In this document: one piece after another, positions 1-12,454 of the stretch | How the letters are laid out: each line of letters opens with the position of its first letter | How positions within the stretch are numbered: position 1 is the first letter of the stretch | DNA from: Octopus sinensis | Taxonomy: Eukaryota | DNA length: 64,000 nucleotides | NCBI RefSeq assembly: GCF_006345805.1 | Contig: NC_043000.1 | Span: 13,826,001-13,890,000 of the forward strand | Reading direction: 5' to 3' | Translations under genes and position numbers: made by a program | The notes under the pieces: generated by a model | Told to the model about the DNA's origin: nothing | Databases searched by the model: none | What the model saw: the letters and a program-made list of their open reading frames with translations, nothing else

Positions 1-590
1 ATAAGCAACTAGTTCAGTAATGCAGCTGATGAAGCCACCAACACCAAATAGTTCCACCAGATTCTACTAAACAACAGCTATCCACCATCTGTCACCAAAC
101 AACAGCACATAAGCAATGCTAAAAATAACATACTTCATAAGAAGGCTCATACTCCTAAGGTTGATACATTTGCTTCTTTAAAATACCCTTTTTTGACAAC
201 AAAATCACTTCTACAATCCATCATGCTTTCTACAAAGAAATATTAAATACACAGATGGAACACTCCAATCCATCCCTGATGAAATTTTGATTTAGAAATT
301 GTACCATAAACAGCATTGTGAGGTGCACACTGTCCAATTACCTCATCAACAGCTTAAAAAAATGTGCTCAAGGACTTGTATTATATGAAGTGGTCTGCAG
401 CATATATGGTACATTCTATTTTGAAAGCACCATCAAGAAACTGCATATCCACATTGAAGAACATATGTGCACAAACATTTCAGCTTACAGACACCTGCAA
501 AAATGCTAAACTCAGGACTTTATTGTATCTGTCAGAGCCATGGAATGTAACACAGGCAACCTTCAACTTAAGGAAGTTATCCTAATTAAT
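1..590 (+). mobile_element. Degenerate Penelope-like element, GIY-YIG endonuclease remnant
   Basis: ORF 318-509 reads LYEVVCSIYGTFYFESTIKKLHIHIEEH. This matches the PLE GIY-YIG pattern (VYxIxCxxCxxxYIGSTxRxLHxRxxEH). Frameshifted. Confidence 0.55.
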
Positions 591-863
591 AAGCTGAAGT
601 CAATTCAAACAACAGATATGAAACTACACAAAGCAAACTAGTTACTACAACACCAGTGCATGCATGTCATTTCCCTTTCCCACATTTCTGAGCTAAAACA
701 GCTTTTTTTCCATCTCCCATTTCTCCACATATGGTGACAAAAGTGTCCTAACTACAAAATATTGAAGAATTACAGGTAAAACTTCAACTGTAGTTTCATC
801 TTTACTTTTATGATTCACTTTTGTATTTCATTTCACATTGTTTTGGCTCTAACAAATTCATAT

Positions 864-1125
864 CATTATCATTTAACATCTGTTGTCCATGCTGGCATGG
901 TTTGGATGCTTTGACCAGGGTGGCAAGCTGGAAGGCTGCGCCAGACTCCAGTCTGATTTGGTACGGTTTCTGTGGCTGGATGTCCTTCCCAACGTCAACC
1001 ACTCCAAGAGTGTAGTGGGTGCTTTTTATGTGCCATTTGCATGACACCAGTATCTACCACGACTACGATTTTACTTGGCTTGGTGGGTCTTCTTCTCAAG
1101 CATGGCCTAATGCCAAAGCTTTTGG
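864..1125 (-). mobile_element. RTE LINE 3' end fragment
   Basis: Reverse complement of the 3' terminus of the RTE copy at 14.75-14.93 kb. Confidence 0.8.
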
Positions 1126-2779
1126 TCACTCATTATATATACGTACATACATACATACATGCGCACATGCACACACACACACACAAACACACAGAGTATG
1201 TTTTTATGAATGTTTACTTTCAGCAATTTGCTACAAATGAACTTTGTTGACAATTCTCTGACAAAATATATCTTTTAGCCCTTCAGCTTTGAAGATGTAA
1301 GGAATAAAAAAAAAAGTGGTTAGTGACTGGAAGCTGTAAAACAATGCCCCAGTAATATGTATTTGTGGAAAACCAAATAAAAATGTCAAATTTTAAAAAA
1401 TAACTTTTACAGATGATTACAAGTCATCAAAAATGTATATTTTTGGCATTTTGGTGAATGATTTTGATCTATTGAAGTTATTTGTATTCTATTATCAATC
1501 TGTCAGATTTGTTTTCCGTGGTATTGTTTGTATGATGGTTTTTCTTTTTATAACTTTGCATGAGTATTTTTCCAGCTGGACACCCTTCCTACTACTTAAT
1601 CTGAAGTGCAGGTGACACTTTAGTCAACTGAGCCAAAATGTGGCAAATGTTGCTTCACTCTTATAGCTACTATGCTCATTTTTTCACCAAAACTCGGTTA
1701 CATCAGCTGGGCATTTGATGTGTTCATTTGCTAATCTTCATCTTGTCACAAACAAAAGTCACCTCATTCATTTCGTGTTTTCATGATTCCAGTTAAGAGT
1801 ATTTATTGCTCCTACTTCACAAATGAATATTGTGTAATATTAGGAAGGCATCCAGTTTTAGAACTATTGAATCAATCATTGATGGAATTCTTTGATTTTG
1901 ACAAACCTTTTACTTTATAGATTGTACTGAAAAGTGGAAACATACTCGATCAGTTTGCTTTGATTGTCCCTGCATATTTGAAAACAACTCAAAAATTACT
2001 CAGCTTGAAAAATACTTTAGGCTTCTTTGTACAATTTCTTTATCATTACTTAAGACCCGGCTAAGAAAGATAAATAAATATTTTAATTCTTTTGCAATCA
2101 TTATGAAGCCATTGTATTATCATTGGCTCCCTAACAAACATTGATAATATCACTTGAGTAAAACAAAATGAAAATGCTAGATATATTGCAATTATAGATA
2201 AAAGTTGGTTTGGTGATAAGCAAAGGTTATTGATAAATGGTAGAGAAATGTGCCAAAGGGGACTTTGAACAAAAAATATAGGTGATTGGGATATTGATAG
2301 GGGAACAGATTAGAGGTGACTTTAAGGGCTTCATCAGACTTGTAGCAGCAGAGATGTAAAAGCAGTGATGATTATCAGTGAAATGACATTGTACTTTTAG
2401 CATGATACACATTTATGACTGCAAGTGTACAATTAGCAAATCACTTCTATAGGGAGAAGATTTTTAAATTGTAGCCATCTTTTATTTATATATCTATTTT
2501 TTTGTGTGAAAACTTTATCTTTTTTGTTTGTTTGTTTTTTTTCCCCTTTTCACTATGTATTCATTATAATATTATACATAAGTCCTCCTGGCATTTTTAA
2601 TGATTTAATTGAACCAATACATTTTTTTCATTATTCATAATTACTTTCAGATTCTAATAACTTATTTGCCTGTATTTATAAATGTTTCCAAATAACTGGG
2701 TTGGAGGTTTGGGATTTTGTTTTATATTTATCATTTTTTTTTTACTAATTTGTCTTAGGAATTTTACTCTTAGCCTATT

Positions 2780-3110
2780 CAAACTTCCCATTTTGCAGTG
2801 GTAATCCCCTCATCTGGGATGTCACATGCATTAACACCTTCTCCAACAGCAACCTGGTGTTTACGACTGCCTGTCCAGTCTTAACTGTTTGTCAAACTGG
2901 GAAGGGCAAAAGGTCAAAATATCAGCCACTCTCTGAGAGATTCATGGTGAAGCCAGTGGCAGTGAAGATCTCTGGTATTCTCAGCTATCAGAGTAAAAAT
3001 GACTATCCTCAAGCCCCATGCATTAGGGTGGCTATTCCAGCCCATCTTTCTCGCCATACTCCTGAGCAATACCTCTTCCATTTTATCCACCAGGACTATG
3101 AGCCTTTTTA
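2780..3110 (+). mobile_element. CRE-like non-LTR retrotransposon C-terminal restriction-like endonuclease remnant
   Basis: Translates PFCSGNPLIWDVTCINTF...KRSKY...PVAVKISG, then in another frame WLFQPIFLAILLSNTSSIL. This resembles the CRE REL motif series LxWDATCxxT...KY...PVAVET.G...LFQRISLAxxRGNAASIL. Confidence 0.6.
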
Positions 3111-3726
3111 GATGTTACTTGTTATCGTTTTATTTAACCAGTCATAATTTAATAGAACAATCTTTATTGAACTGCTATATTGTGTGTACTAATTTTACCA
3201 AGTGAAGATGGTGATGCAGCTGTGGAATTTTGATCCCTTTCACAGAAACTTTTATTTAGTAAACACTTCCTGACAATTGAGGGACAAGCTTGGAAACATT
3301 TAGTGATCAATTATTTCTAAGTCAACGAGGCAGACCTTCATCAGAGCTCGTGAGAGAGCATTCTTCTCTATAAGGCTAAAACTTAGACTATGAAGGAAGA
3401 GGTACATATGCCAAGCTTCTCGTGAATGTTTAAAACATCTCATGGCTTCAGCACAAGACTAAACGGGAGATTTATGGACACCTTCTACTCATTCCTTCTG
3501 CTATTGTTGCTCATCACAGTGTAGGCTTTGCTGGCCACTGTGGTCATGCTGAACAACATCTAGGTTGCAATCTCTTGAAGAAGGATTAGGCAGCTGGTTA
3601 TTAGACCTAGTAGGATCCAAGAAGGTTTCTCACTAAAAGGAATACAAAAAAGTAATTTTTATTATTAGCATGGCACCATTTGTTTATTGCAGATAAAATT
3701 GGCTTCATAGGGTCATTTCCCCAGGA

Positions 3727-4055
3727 TGAAAGGCATATTGTATGATGTTTGTTTGCAAACAGCCATGCTACTTGACAATAAAACATCAGCTGTGGCTGCA
3801 GAGAACATGTAAAGGCTTGAAAGAAATGAAGCCAGTGTACTCTGCTGGATGTGCAATGTCAGTGTGTATGTATAACAGTGTAAGTATCTTGATAGTAAAA
3901 ATGAGTTATAAGAGGCATCAGGTATAGTATGCAAGAGAAAAGACTGCACTGGTGTGGTCATATGATACATATGGACAAGGACAGCTGCGTAAAGAAGTGC
4001 TGATCTCCAATTATGGAGGGAACCTGTGGAAGAGGTAGACCCAGAAAGAAGTGGA
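3727..4055 (+). mobile_element. Old RTE LINE ORF2 C-terminal fragment
   Basis: Colinear with 13860-14190 of the young RTE copy. Confidence 0.85.
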
Positions 4056-4104
4056 GAAATATTAGTTGTTTAGCCTCACAGGGATGATAAGTGGCTGAGA
4101 CGTT

Positions 4105-4478
4105 TGGTGATTTACATTGTTTATATTTGATGGATATTTGTCCTCATCTTGTTTGTTAATACAACGTTTCAGCTGATATACCCTCCAGCCTTCATCAGGA
4201 CATATGGCGTAGTGGTTAAGAGCGCGGGCTACTAACCCCAAGATTCAGAGTTCAATTCCTGGCAGTGACCTGAATAAGAATAATAATAATAATAACATTG
4301 AAAAATACCTTAGGAACGAGAACCCAGCTCTGAAATTTCCCCAAGACACCTGATGAAGGCTGGAGAGTACATCAGCTGAAACATTGTGTTAACAACAAAC
4401 AAGATGAGGATAGCATTAATAAATCTCCGAACAAATGTAAATAATGTACATAATTCCTCATCTCTTAAATATAGAATT
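4105..4478 (+). mobile_element. tRNA-headed SINE with Penelope-type pseudo-LTR/hammerhead tail, preceded by an inverted partial copy of that tail
   Basis: tRNA-like head at 4201-4262 has an A box (TGGCGTAGTGG) and B-box-like GAGTTCAATTCC, followed by an (AAT)n linker and a tail at 4345-4445. 4105-4199 is an inverted copy of the tail. Confidence 0.7.
4345..4390 (+). ncRNA. Minimal type I hammerhead ribozyme motif (decayed copy)
   Basis: gacac-CUGAUGA-a-ggcug(loop)cagcu-GAAAC-AUU-guguu. Stems I and II pair. The palindromic stem III (AACGUU in the inverted copy) is here AACAUU. Confidence 0.65.
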
Positions 4479-4507
4479 GTATTTTGGTGATTTGTTGTAC
4501 TTAAGAT

Positions 4508-4782
4508 GTGCCAAACTCAGTGAAATCATGGTTGTGGCCTGTGCCAGTGATGCACAGTGGGCGCCTGTGCTGGTGATGCATGACAAGCACCCATGCCAGC
4601 CATCATGTGATGGGCATCTGTGCCAAGCATTATGTGAAGATGTTAACATTAGGAAGGGCATTCAGCCGTAAAAACCAAACCACAGCAGACAACTTCAGCC
4701 TGCTGCAGCTTACCAACTTAGGACAAATCATCTAACCCATACCAGCATAGAAAATGGACGTTAAATGATAATGATGATGATT
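4508..4782 (+). mobile_element. RTE LINE 3' end fragment
   Basis: Matches the RTE 3' UTR and ends ...GGACGTTAAATGATAATGATGATGA. Confidence 0.75.
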
Positions 4783-5677
4783 TAGTCACATTTATCCCCT
4801 TCTCTCTCTCAGTATTTCTTTCTCTCACAGCGTACACAGCTGGTGACATAAAATGTAAAATTTGTATACTATTTAAATATACTCTGATTCATAATATATT
4901 AATATACTTCTACACATAGGGTATAGTCAGATGCAAAACCAGAAAAAAGGCTATACAAGATTATAGTCCTTGAGAAAGTTATTAACATTATATCTCATAT
5001 TTGTTCCCTATAAATTTGGTGGTTGAACTTTGCAATTGTTGCTAGTATCATTAATAGGATTGTTGTTATTCTTATATTTATAATTAATTTATTCACAATT
5101 TCTCCTCTATCATCAAATTAATTTTTATTATTCTTCTGTATACAATATGTAAGCATGTAAATGTAATGTAGATGATGCATATATGAATTTTATCTGTGTC
5201 AATTTTAGCTGATTTTATATGCTGCCTATGGTCCTTGGATAACTATTTGCTGAGAGCATAAATCAAACTTACTTCTTTTTAATTCTACCTCTCAGCTATA
5301 AGTTTATCACAAAATCTGAAACCAATATTATTGGAATTACATGATTTTTCAGCAATCATTAATTCTGCTACCCACCAGCTTTCTGGAAGCTAAACACTTC
5401 AGAAAAAAGTCTAACCACAGTTATTAACCTGAACAGTGAGGAAGTATGTCTAGCTGACTTGCCCATCTTTACATAACAAATCTTTTGTTGTGCCCCATGA
5501 CACCAGCAATATGTACTGGCCAAACCAATAAGGTATTGGCCATTAGCCAAAGAGTCAATGATTCATGTATTAGCATGACACTTAATTATTTCTAACTCAG
5601 TACACCTGATTGCATATAGATACTGTAAGAAAAGAGCAATGCATAAGAAATATTTTTATTTGCAATGGTAAACTTAA

Positions 5678-5886
5678 CCCTTTAGCATTCATATTTCTTT
5701 GTCAAGTGTATTCTTATTTATTCACTTTGTTTAGAATTAATCACGCATTTATCTTCTAGCTTCAAGATTTCAGTAATGTGTTTGTATATTTTTAGAATGA
5801 CATTGTAGAGTAGTATGAGATGTTGGATCTGGTCAGTTTTGACATAAAACAGGTAGAATATTTTGGCTGGATTAAATGCTAAAGGG
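5678..5886. mobile_element. piggyBac-type MITE
   Basis: TIRs CCCTTTAGCATT / AATGCTAAAGGG, flanked by TTAA (5674-5677) and TTAG (5887-5890). Confidence 0.7.
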
Positions 5887-5939
5887 TTAGACCCTTTCGT
5901 TAGTATAGCTTTAAAGTGTAGGGAAGACTCTAGATAAAC

Positions 5940-6452
5940 TATCATCATCATCCTCATTTAACGCCCACTTTCCATGCTGGTATGGGTTGGACAGTTTGAC
6001 TGAGGACTGGCGAGCCAGATGGCTGCGCCAGGCTCCAATCTGATCTGGCAGAGTTTCTACAGCTGGATGCCCTTCCTAATGCCAACCACTCTGAGAGTGT
6101 GGTGGGTGCTTTTACATGCTACCGGCACGAGGGCCAGTCAGGTGGTACTGGCGATGGCCACGCTCAAATTGTTTTTTTTATATGTCACCTGCACAGGAGC
6201 CAGTCCAGCGGCACTGGCAATGACCTTGCTCGAATGTTGTTTTTCACGTGCTACTGGTACAAGTGTCAGTATGGTGACGCTGGTAATGATCATGCTCGAA
6301 TAGTGCTTTTTATGTGCAACCGGCATGGGAACCAGTCAGTGGCCCTGGCAACGATCACGCTCCGATGTTGCTTTTAATGTTCCACTGGCACAGATACCAG
6401 TCAGGCGGTGCTGTCATTGGCCATGTCAGCAAATTTGATTTTGATTGTGATT
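5940..6452 (-). mobile_element. RTE LINE 3' UTR with ~60-bp tandem array (about 5 units)
   Basis: Starts with an (ATC)n tail. Reverse complement of the RTE terminus, followed by repeated GCTTTTTAYGTGCCACCGGCAC...GCTCGAAT units. Confidence 0.85.
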
Positions 6453-6949
6453 TATATCTAAGACAAAATGCTTTTGTAGTGGCACAATGTGCTTGATTTG
6501 ATCATCTACCTCAAACTGCCATTTTTTTTTTTTGTTTTCTAATACAACACTTCTACCGATTTCTATATTTATAAACTTAGCTTAACAGTGAACAAAATTA
6601 TTGGAACTTTGCCTGTTACTTTAATTCTAGTGTATGTGATTATATAAATATATATTATTTTTTTGTTTATTTCATAGTACAAAAATATGAAAATAGCCAA
6701 TATGGTCTTATGTTAGAAGTATGTAAAGTTTGATAAATATTTGTCATCTGTATAGTTATCAGGATTATATTCCAGGTCTGAAGCATTTCTGCATATATGC
6801 TCTTCGAAATATTTTACTTGTAGTTATGCCTCAGTAGAAAGAGGATATCAGTGATCCCACATTTGGCACAAATCTTAATTCTGTTACCAAGTTTGATAGT
6901 GGTTAACTCTAATGTTTTATCCTGACTATTCTTTGTTTTACAACATTGA

Positions 6950-8505
6950 AGTTACATCATCACTTTCTGAAACACAATTCATGGCATCTGATTATATTGT
7001 GAGTTTTCTGTTATCAATCAATTTTTGTGAACCCATGGATAGATAAAAAAATCCGTGTTGTTTATGAATATGTGTTCTGTCATGTAATCAATGTGTCCCA
7101 GACAACTCGAAACATCAATGAGGTGTTTAGTGAAGATGTGGCAAATGAGCGCACTGTATGTCGATGGTTTGAGAAGTTCCAGTCTACTCTCTCTCTCTCT
7201 TTTACTCTTTTACTTGTTTCAGTCATTTGACTGCGGCCATGCTGGAGCGCCGCCTTTAGTCAAGCAAATCGACCCCAGGACTTATTCTTTGTAAGCCTAG
7301 TACTTATTCTATTGGTCTCTCTTGCCAAACCACAAATGTTACTGAGACGTAAACACACCAGCATCGGTTGTCAAGCAATGTTAGGGGACAAACACAGACA
7401 CATATATATATATATACATATATACGACAGGCTTCTTTCAGTTTCCATCTACCAAATCCACTCACAAGGCTTTGGTCGGCCCAAGGCTACAGTAGAAGAC
7501 ACTTGCCCAAGGTGCCACGCATTGGGACTGAACCCGGAACCATGTGGTTGGTAAGCAAGCTACATACCACACAGCCACTCCTACTCTCGAAAATCAGCCC
7601 CATGGTAGACTTGAGACCAAGGTGAATGATGATGAGCTTGAAACTAGTAGAAGCAGATACATGTCAAAATATGTGTGTGTTAGCAGCAAGGTTTGATGTT
7701 TCGATTCCAACTGTATTGGACCATCCCAAAGAAATCGGCAAGGTAAAGAAGCTGGACAAGTGGGTACTACATAGACTGAATAAACATCAGGTGACACGTC
7801 ATCTTGAAACTTGCTGTTCTTTGCTATCACGGTATAAAAGTGAACCATTTTTGCTTCATATTGTTATGTGTGATGGATTTTTTTCAACAATAGCAAGCAT
7901 CCTGCGTGGTGGTTGGATAGAGACAAAGTGCCAAAACACAATCCAAGAAAGAATATTCATCAAAAAAAGCTAATGGTGTCTGTTTGGTGGTCCAACGCTG
8001 GCATCATCCACTCCAACTTTATCAGACCTGGTAAGTCAATTACAGCAGATGTATACATCAACCAATTGGATGAAATGATGAGTGAACTTGCAACTAAACA
8101 ACTGAAATTGGTCAATAGAGGCAGGTCAATTCTCTTGCAAGACAATACTCAACCACATGTTGCACATAAAACACTACTCAAGTTACAGGAACTGAACTTG
8201 GAAGTACTCTGTCATCCACCATATTCACCAAACCTTCCACCAACAGACTATCATGTTTTCCAGGCATTAGACAACATTTTGTAGGGAAAAAATTTCAAAT
8301 CTGAAGATGTGTAAACAGCCTTTTGTGATTTCATCACTTCTTGCTCTTCAGAATTCTTTGCTGCTGGTATAAATAAGCTACTGATAAAATGGCAAAATTG
8401 TGTTGGTAATTTTAGGTACAAACTTTGATTAACTTCATTGCTTTTTGTTGAGATAAAGTCAAATAAACTTTCTGTTTAAAATCAGACATTTCATTCTTAA
8501 TATTC
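6950..8505 (+). mobile_element. Mariner (DD34D) transposon, degenerate, interrupted by a SINE
   Basis: HTH region (NERTVCRWFEKF), LDKWVLH, IVMCD, MVSVWWSNAG, LLQDNTQPH and HPPYSPNLPPTDYH motifs across ORFs 7027-8284. 5' boundary uncertain. Confidence 0.9.
7197..7580 (-). mobile_element. Near full-length tRNA-derived SINE (family A)
   Basis: tRNA-like head at the right end and an internal (TA)n tract. A CTACTCTC-like duplication flanks the insertion in the mariner ORF. Confidence 0.9.
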
Positions 8506-8829
8506 TGATACATCTAAACTAATTTTTTCCCTTAATAGTTGTGCTGTAACTCTTAAGTTAATTTTATAATTTAGTCCATCAGTTTGATCTGTCTGAAGTT
8601 GCTTCTTACTACATCTCTACTTTTGTGGCCTTTGATAACAATGATACTAATGCACCAATCGTTGAGAAATTACCTCTTCTTGTACTGCCTGATTGGCTCT
8701 GCAAGTGATTGGTATGCATCTAGCTTTCCTGAATATTTTAAGCATTTTAGTTACTCTCTCATGATCCAGCTGTTTTTTCTGCTTTTATATTTTTAAAGGT
8801 AATTTTGATTGTATAACTATCAATTTCTA

Positions 8830-9560
8830 TGGCTGTTTCTTCTGTTATAAGCATTTCTTGACATCAGTGAGGGCAAATTCATTGTTATCATTATCTACGC
8901 ACTTCTCACCAACATCCTAATTCATACTGACACCTGGCCTTGCATCAGGAACATTTCATGTTTCTGATCTTCACATTCTAGAACATTGGCAAAACTCTCA
9001 CCACTTTGTCTTTGGCTAAATATGGTTGATGCATAGCCTCTCTCCTAGCAACATTATAATCTTTTCCTTCTCTATATATATGTCATCTTGTACTTTTTTT
9101 GAACCTACATCTGACAATGAGATTGTCCAACTTCCTTATTTACTTCAGAAGATTGTCTTGTGTTCCTGGGTCCATCCCACTCATATGCTGATGTTAATCA
9201 CTAGCCTATATCAGGTAGAACATTGCTCATCTAGGTGAAACTTAGTATTGACAACCGTCTGTCTATCCCATGATTATCAGTTCATCCTCATTTGTTATTG
9301 TAACCCTCTCCGATAGGATCTCATAGAAACAGTCCTTTTGCTCAACTACCAGTCCTGATTAGAGTATATAAGCAGAGGTCACTGTTGTTGTAATGTTGCC
9401 TATGATTAGTCTATCCCTAATTTCATCACACACTTTGACTATCTCAATTACTCTATCTATTTCTCTGCCAACAAAATTCCTATTCTACCAATTCCAGCAC
9501 TGTTATATATCCTGATGAATTAGTATCTGTGTCTGTGTTTCTTGTTCTTGAGCTATCTGG
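8830..9560 (-). mobile_element. Old RTE LINE apurinic endonuclease remnant
   Basis: Minus strand reads EIVKVCDEIRDRLII...TVTSAY...EQKDCFYEIL...ELIIMG, the RTE APE pattern SAYAPQ...EKDxFY...GDFN, with stops. Confidence 0.6.
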
Positions 9561-12007
9561 TTGAGGCTCTTCTCCCTCCATATTACACAGCACATATTTA
9601 CTCACTTCTGCTGCCTGCTCTAGCATTTCTAGAGTCTTTCCAAACCTACCTTTCAAGTTTATAATAAATAGATATATCTTTTCAGGGCAACTTTGTCTTC
9701 TCTATTCTGTTTGATATTTTATAGTATTCATCTTCCTATTAATGTTCTTTTTATTACTGTTGCTATTTTAAATGTATGTGTCTTTACCATTGTTCATGTC
9801 ACCATAGATCAATAAAAGATCAAAATTTGGAGGGAACACCAAAAAAAATTATCATCATTGTAGAAAATAACTGAATCATAAAATAACAAATTGTTATTAC
9901 ATGAATTTGTGTATATGTCATGTTCTTTTATTCTTTTAGTTACAGGACTATTATAATATCTCATTACTTGTAGCTCACATTTCACATCAGTTTGAACTTC
10001 TGTTTTGTCTTCTTATATATGAAAATATTTTGTTTTTGTGTTTTTTTTCTGGGAAATTGAAACCATCCTCATCTGCATGTTTTAACACCTCCCTTTACAC
10101 AACCAAGGACCATCTCCAGTTGGTTAATTTGCATCTGGAGTTGCAGCATTATAGGTCGAGAATTTATTAGTACCTGTAATACTTGTCACTCACAGCCATA
10201 ATGCCTGCAAGACTATCTTTAAAAAAAAAACTCAGTTTGCAATTTTGTCTTTTATCTTTTCTGAGCTGAAGGATAAAAGTACTGACCTGGTGGAAATATG
10301 AAAGCATTGGACGAGATGCTTTGCAATATTATTCCAGCATTTTGCATTTTTAGTTCAAATCTCATTGTGGCCTATTCAGGTGGTAGACTTAATCCATCAT
10401 CAGGTTTTAACCTTGCCAGCTGACCTTTGGATGTCTATAGTAGGATTCACTCTTTCAAGCATTCAGACTAGTTTCTGGTTTGAGGATATTTTTTTTCTTC
10501 CTTCCACCACTTTGGAGTGGGACCTGCAAAGGTCATGGGCAACAACACTACACTTCTTTTTTTTATTGAATTAGTTGGAAAAAGATTGACTGACTCTGAA
10601 AACTTTATTCTACAATAGCAATAGAAGTTTTCTTTACAGACATGTTCTGAATTGTGTGATATAGTTTACAGAAATTATTTGATAGTTCTTTTAATTCACA
10701 ACACAGTTGTTGATGAACAACAATAATTTGTTTAAAACCTGTTTCTTCTTGTTAGTATTTGCAATCAAGCTATCTAGAACAAACCTGTTGCACATAAGAA
10801 GAATGTTGAGTTTTTGAAGTGGTCTGTATTTTCTCCCTACCTCATATGCTATACTTCATCTAGTCAGACACCATAACAATAACATATCAAACATATTGTT
10901 ATTGTGTTGTATGATATGACATACTTTCTTCGTTCATTGACCCTCTGCACACCTAGACTAGTAATGATTAATGAATGTAGTGTGGTACGACAAAGTGTCT
11001 GTTCTTTGATGACACTGTTACATACTGATATGCAATGGTTGTTAGTGTGAAGTGTAATAGGAAACAGTCAGTAATGTATAGTGGGAACAGGTATGTGCTG
11101 CATAGTTTACTATCCAGCTAGCTTTGTATGTCTAGTGGTGGATTTTGTTGACTTATTGAAGACTGGATTCCTTGGCATTTCATAAGCACAGAATTTGGTC
11201 TTGGAAAAGAACTTAAGAAACTTACCATAGTTGATTTATAATTTGTTGTGAATTGTGATGATTGTGAATCCAGGCAGGTTTAATAAAGTCTGTGCAAAAT
11301 TTGCTCTCTCGTTGCTTCCATGTGACCATCAGCCATCTTTCTTTCTTTTCCTGACTTGTGTTTCTTTCTTTCCTTCTGATTCATCTGGAGGAATCAGATG
11401 CATTCTTGTCTGTCTCCTGTCCAAGCTTGTTCCTCTGTGTTCGCCACCTCACCTCATTTAGGCTTAGCAGCCCTTCTTGTTTGTTTCCACTGTCCTGTTT
11501 TTGTTACCAATTTTGACCCTCCACAAAATCCCAAATTTTATTTAATTTGTTTTGTGGGAGCAGCTGTTTTATTGAAGGCGTATCTTGTTGTGAATTGCTT
11601 GAAGTACAGATTAGAAAAACAGCTGCCAACTGATGAAGGGTCGTTCTTTATGTTGCTTGTCTTGTTTTCCATTTGTTTCTTTCGTTGTTCACAAAAAAGT
11701 TCATATTCCATGTATTCATATTTCGGATAAGTATGTACATATACGTATGTATATATGCATATATATATTATTTCTATTGTTTTATATATATATATATATA
11801 TATGATTTAAGAAGCATCAGATGTAGTGTGTAAGAGAAATGACCTTTTTCTCTGATATGTATGGCAAATGATGAAGGACTGTAGCAAGTGACAGAATGCT
11901 GAGACATCTGCAACTTATGCCATAAGAGAAGGTTAGTTTAGATAGAAAACCATGAAAAGTTGATCATGTGTATACTGTACTCATGGATAGGCTGCACTTT
12001 TTTTTAC

Positions 12008-12162
12008 CAAAAATTTCATTGAAAATCAGGGTGCAACCCATCCACTCGACATCATAGAGATCTGAAGTAGACAGTAGTGTATCAGTAGTCCAGTCATGTA
12101 CCCTAGGCCTGGGCTTTTCAGTTTTCAAGTTGTTATAGAAACCTTTTTGTGACATCTGTTTA
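12008..12162 (-). CDS. Candidate internal coding exon of an unidentified host gene
   Basis: Acceptor tttctgctttctag|, donor G|gtaaaa, 155 nt. Open frame KQMSQKGFYNNLKTEKPRPRVHDWTTDTLLSTSDLYDVEWMGCTLIFNEIF. Not repeat-like. No homologue recognised. Confidence 0.4.
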
Positions 12163-12454
12163 CTAGAAAGCAGAAACTGGAAGTTTGCATGTTGATTTTT
12201 TTTTGACATCGATTCAAATATTGGTTATATTTAAATCAAAAATGGGCCACGTAACTCCCCAGATTATAGTGAGTCAACCACAAATACCTACTTTCATAAC
12301 CCCAAATTAAGGGTGTAACTTATCTACATGTATATACAGTACCTTGTGAAAAGGAAAAAGTGGATTAATTTTGAAGAATATTTAGAGCAAGAAAAATACT
12401 GTTCTGCGCCATGAAGATGAAAGACTTGAGCTATTTCGTGTTGCAAGACAGTGT

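Noticed and set aside
4201-4262. Possible tRNA gene
   Set aside because: No complete acceptor or T stem; it is a SINE head, like those at 21345, 22781 and 56058.
6019-6496. Overlapping ORFs and regularly spaced repeats that could look like a CRISPR array
   Set aside because: Contiguous degenerate tandem units of the RTE 3' UTR; no unique spacers, no cas genes, eukaryotic context.
11600-11730. CTGATGA motif as a hammerhead core
   Set aside because: No downstream stem II/GAAA found.
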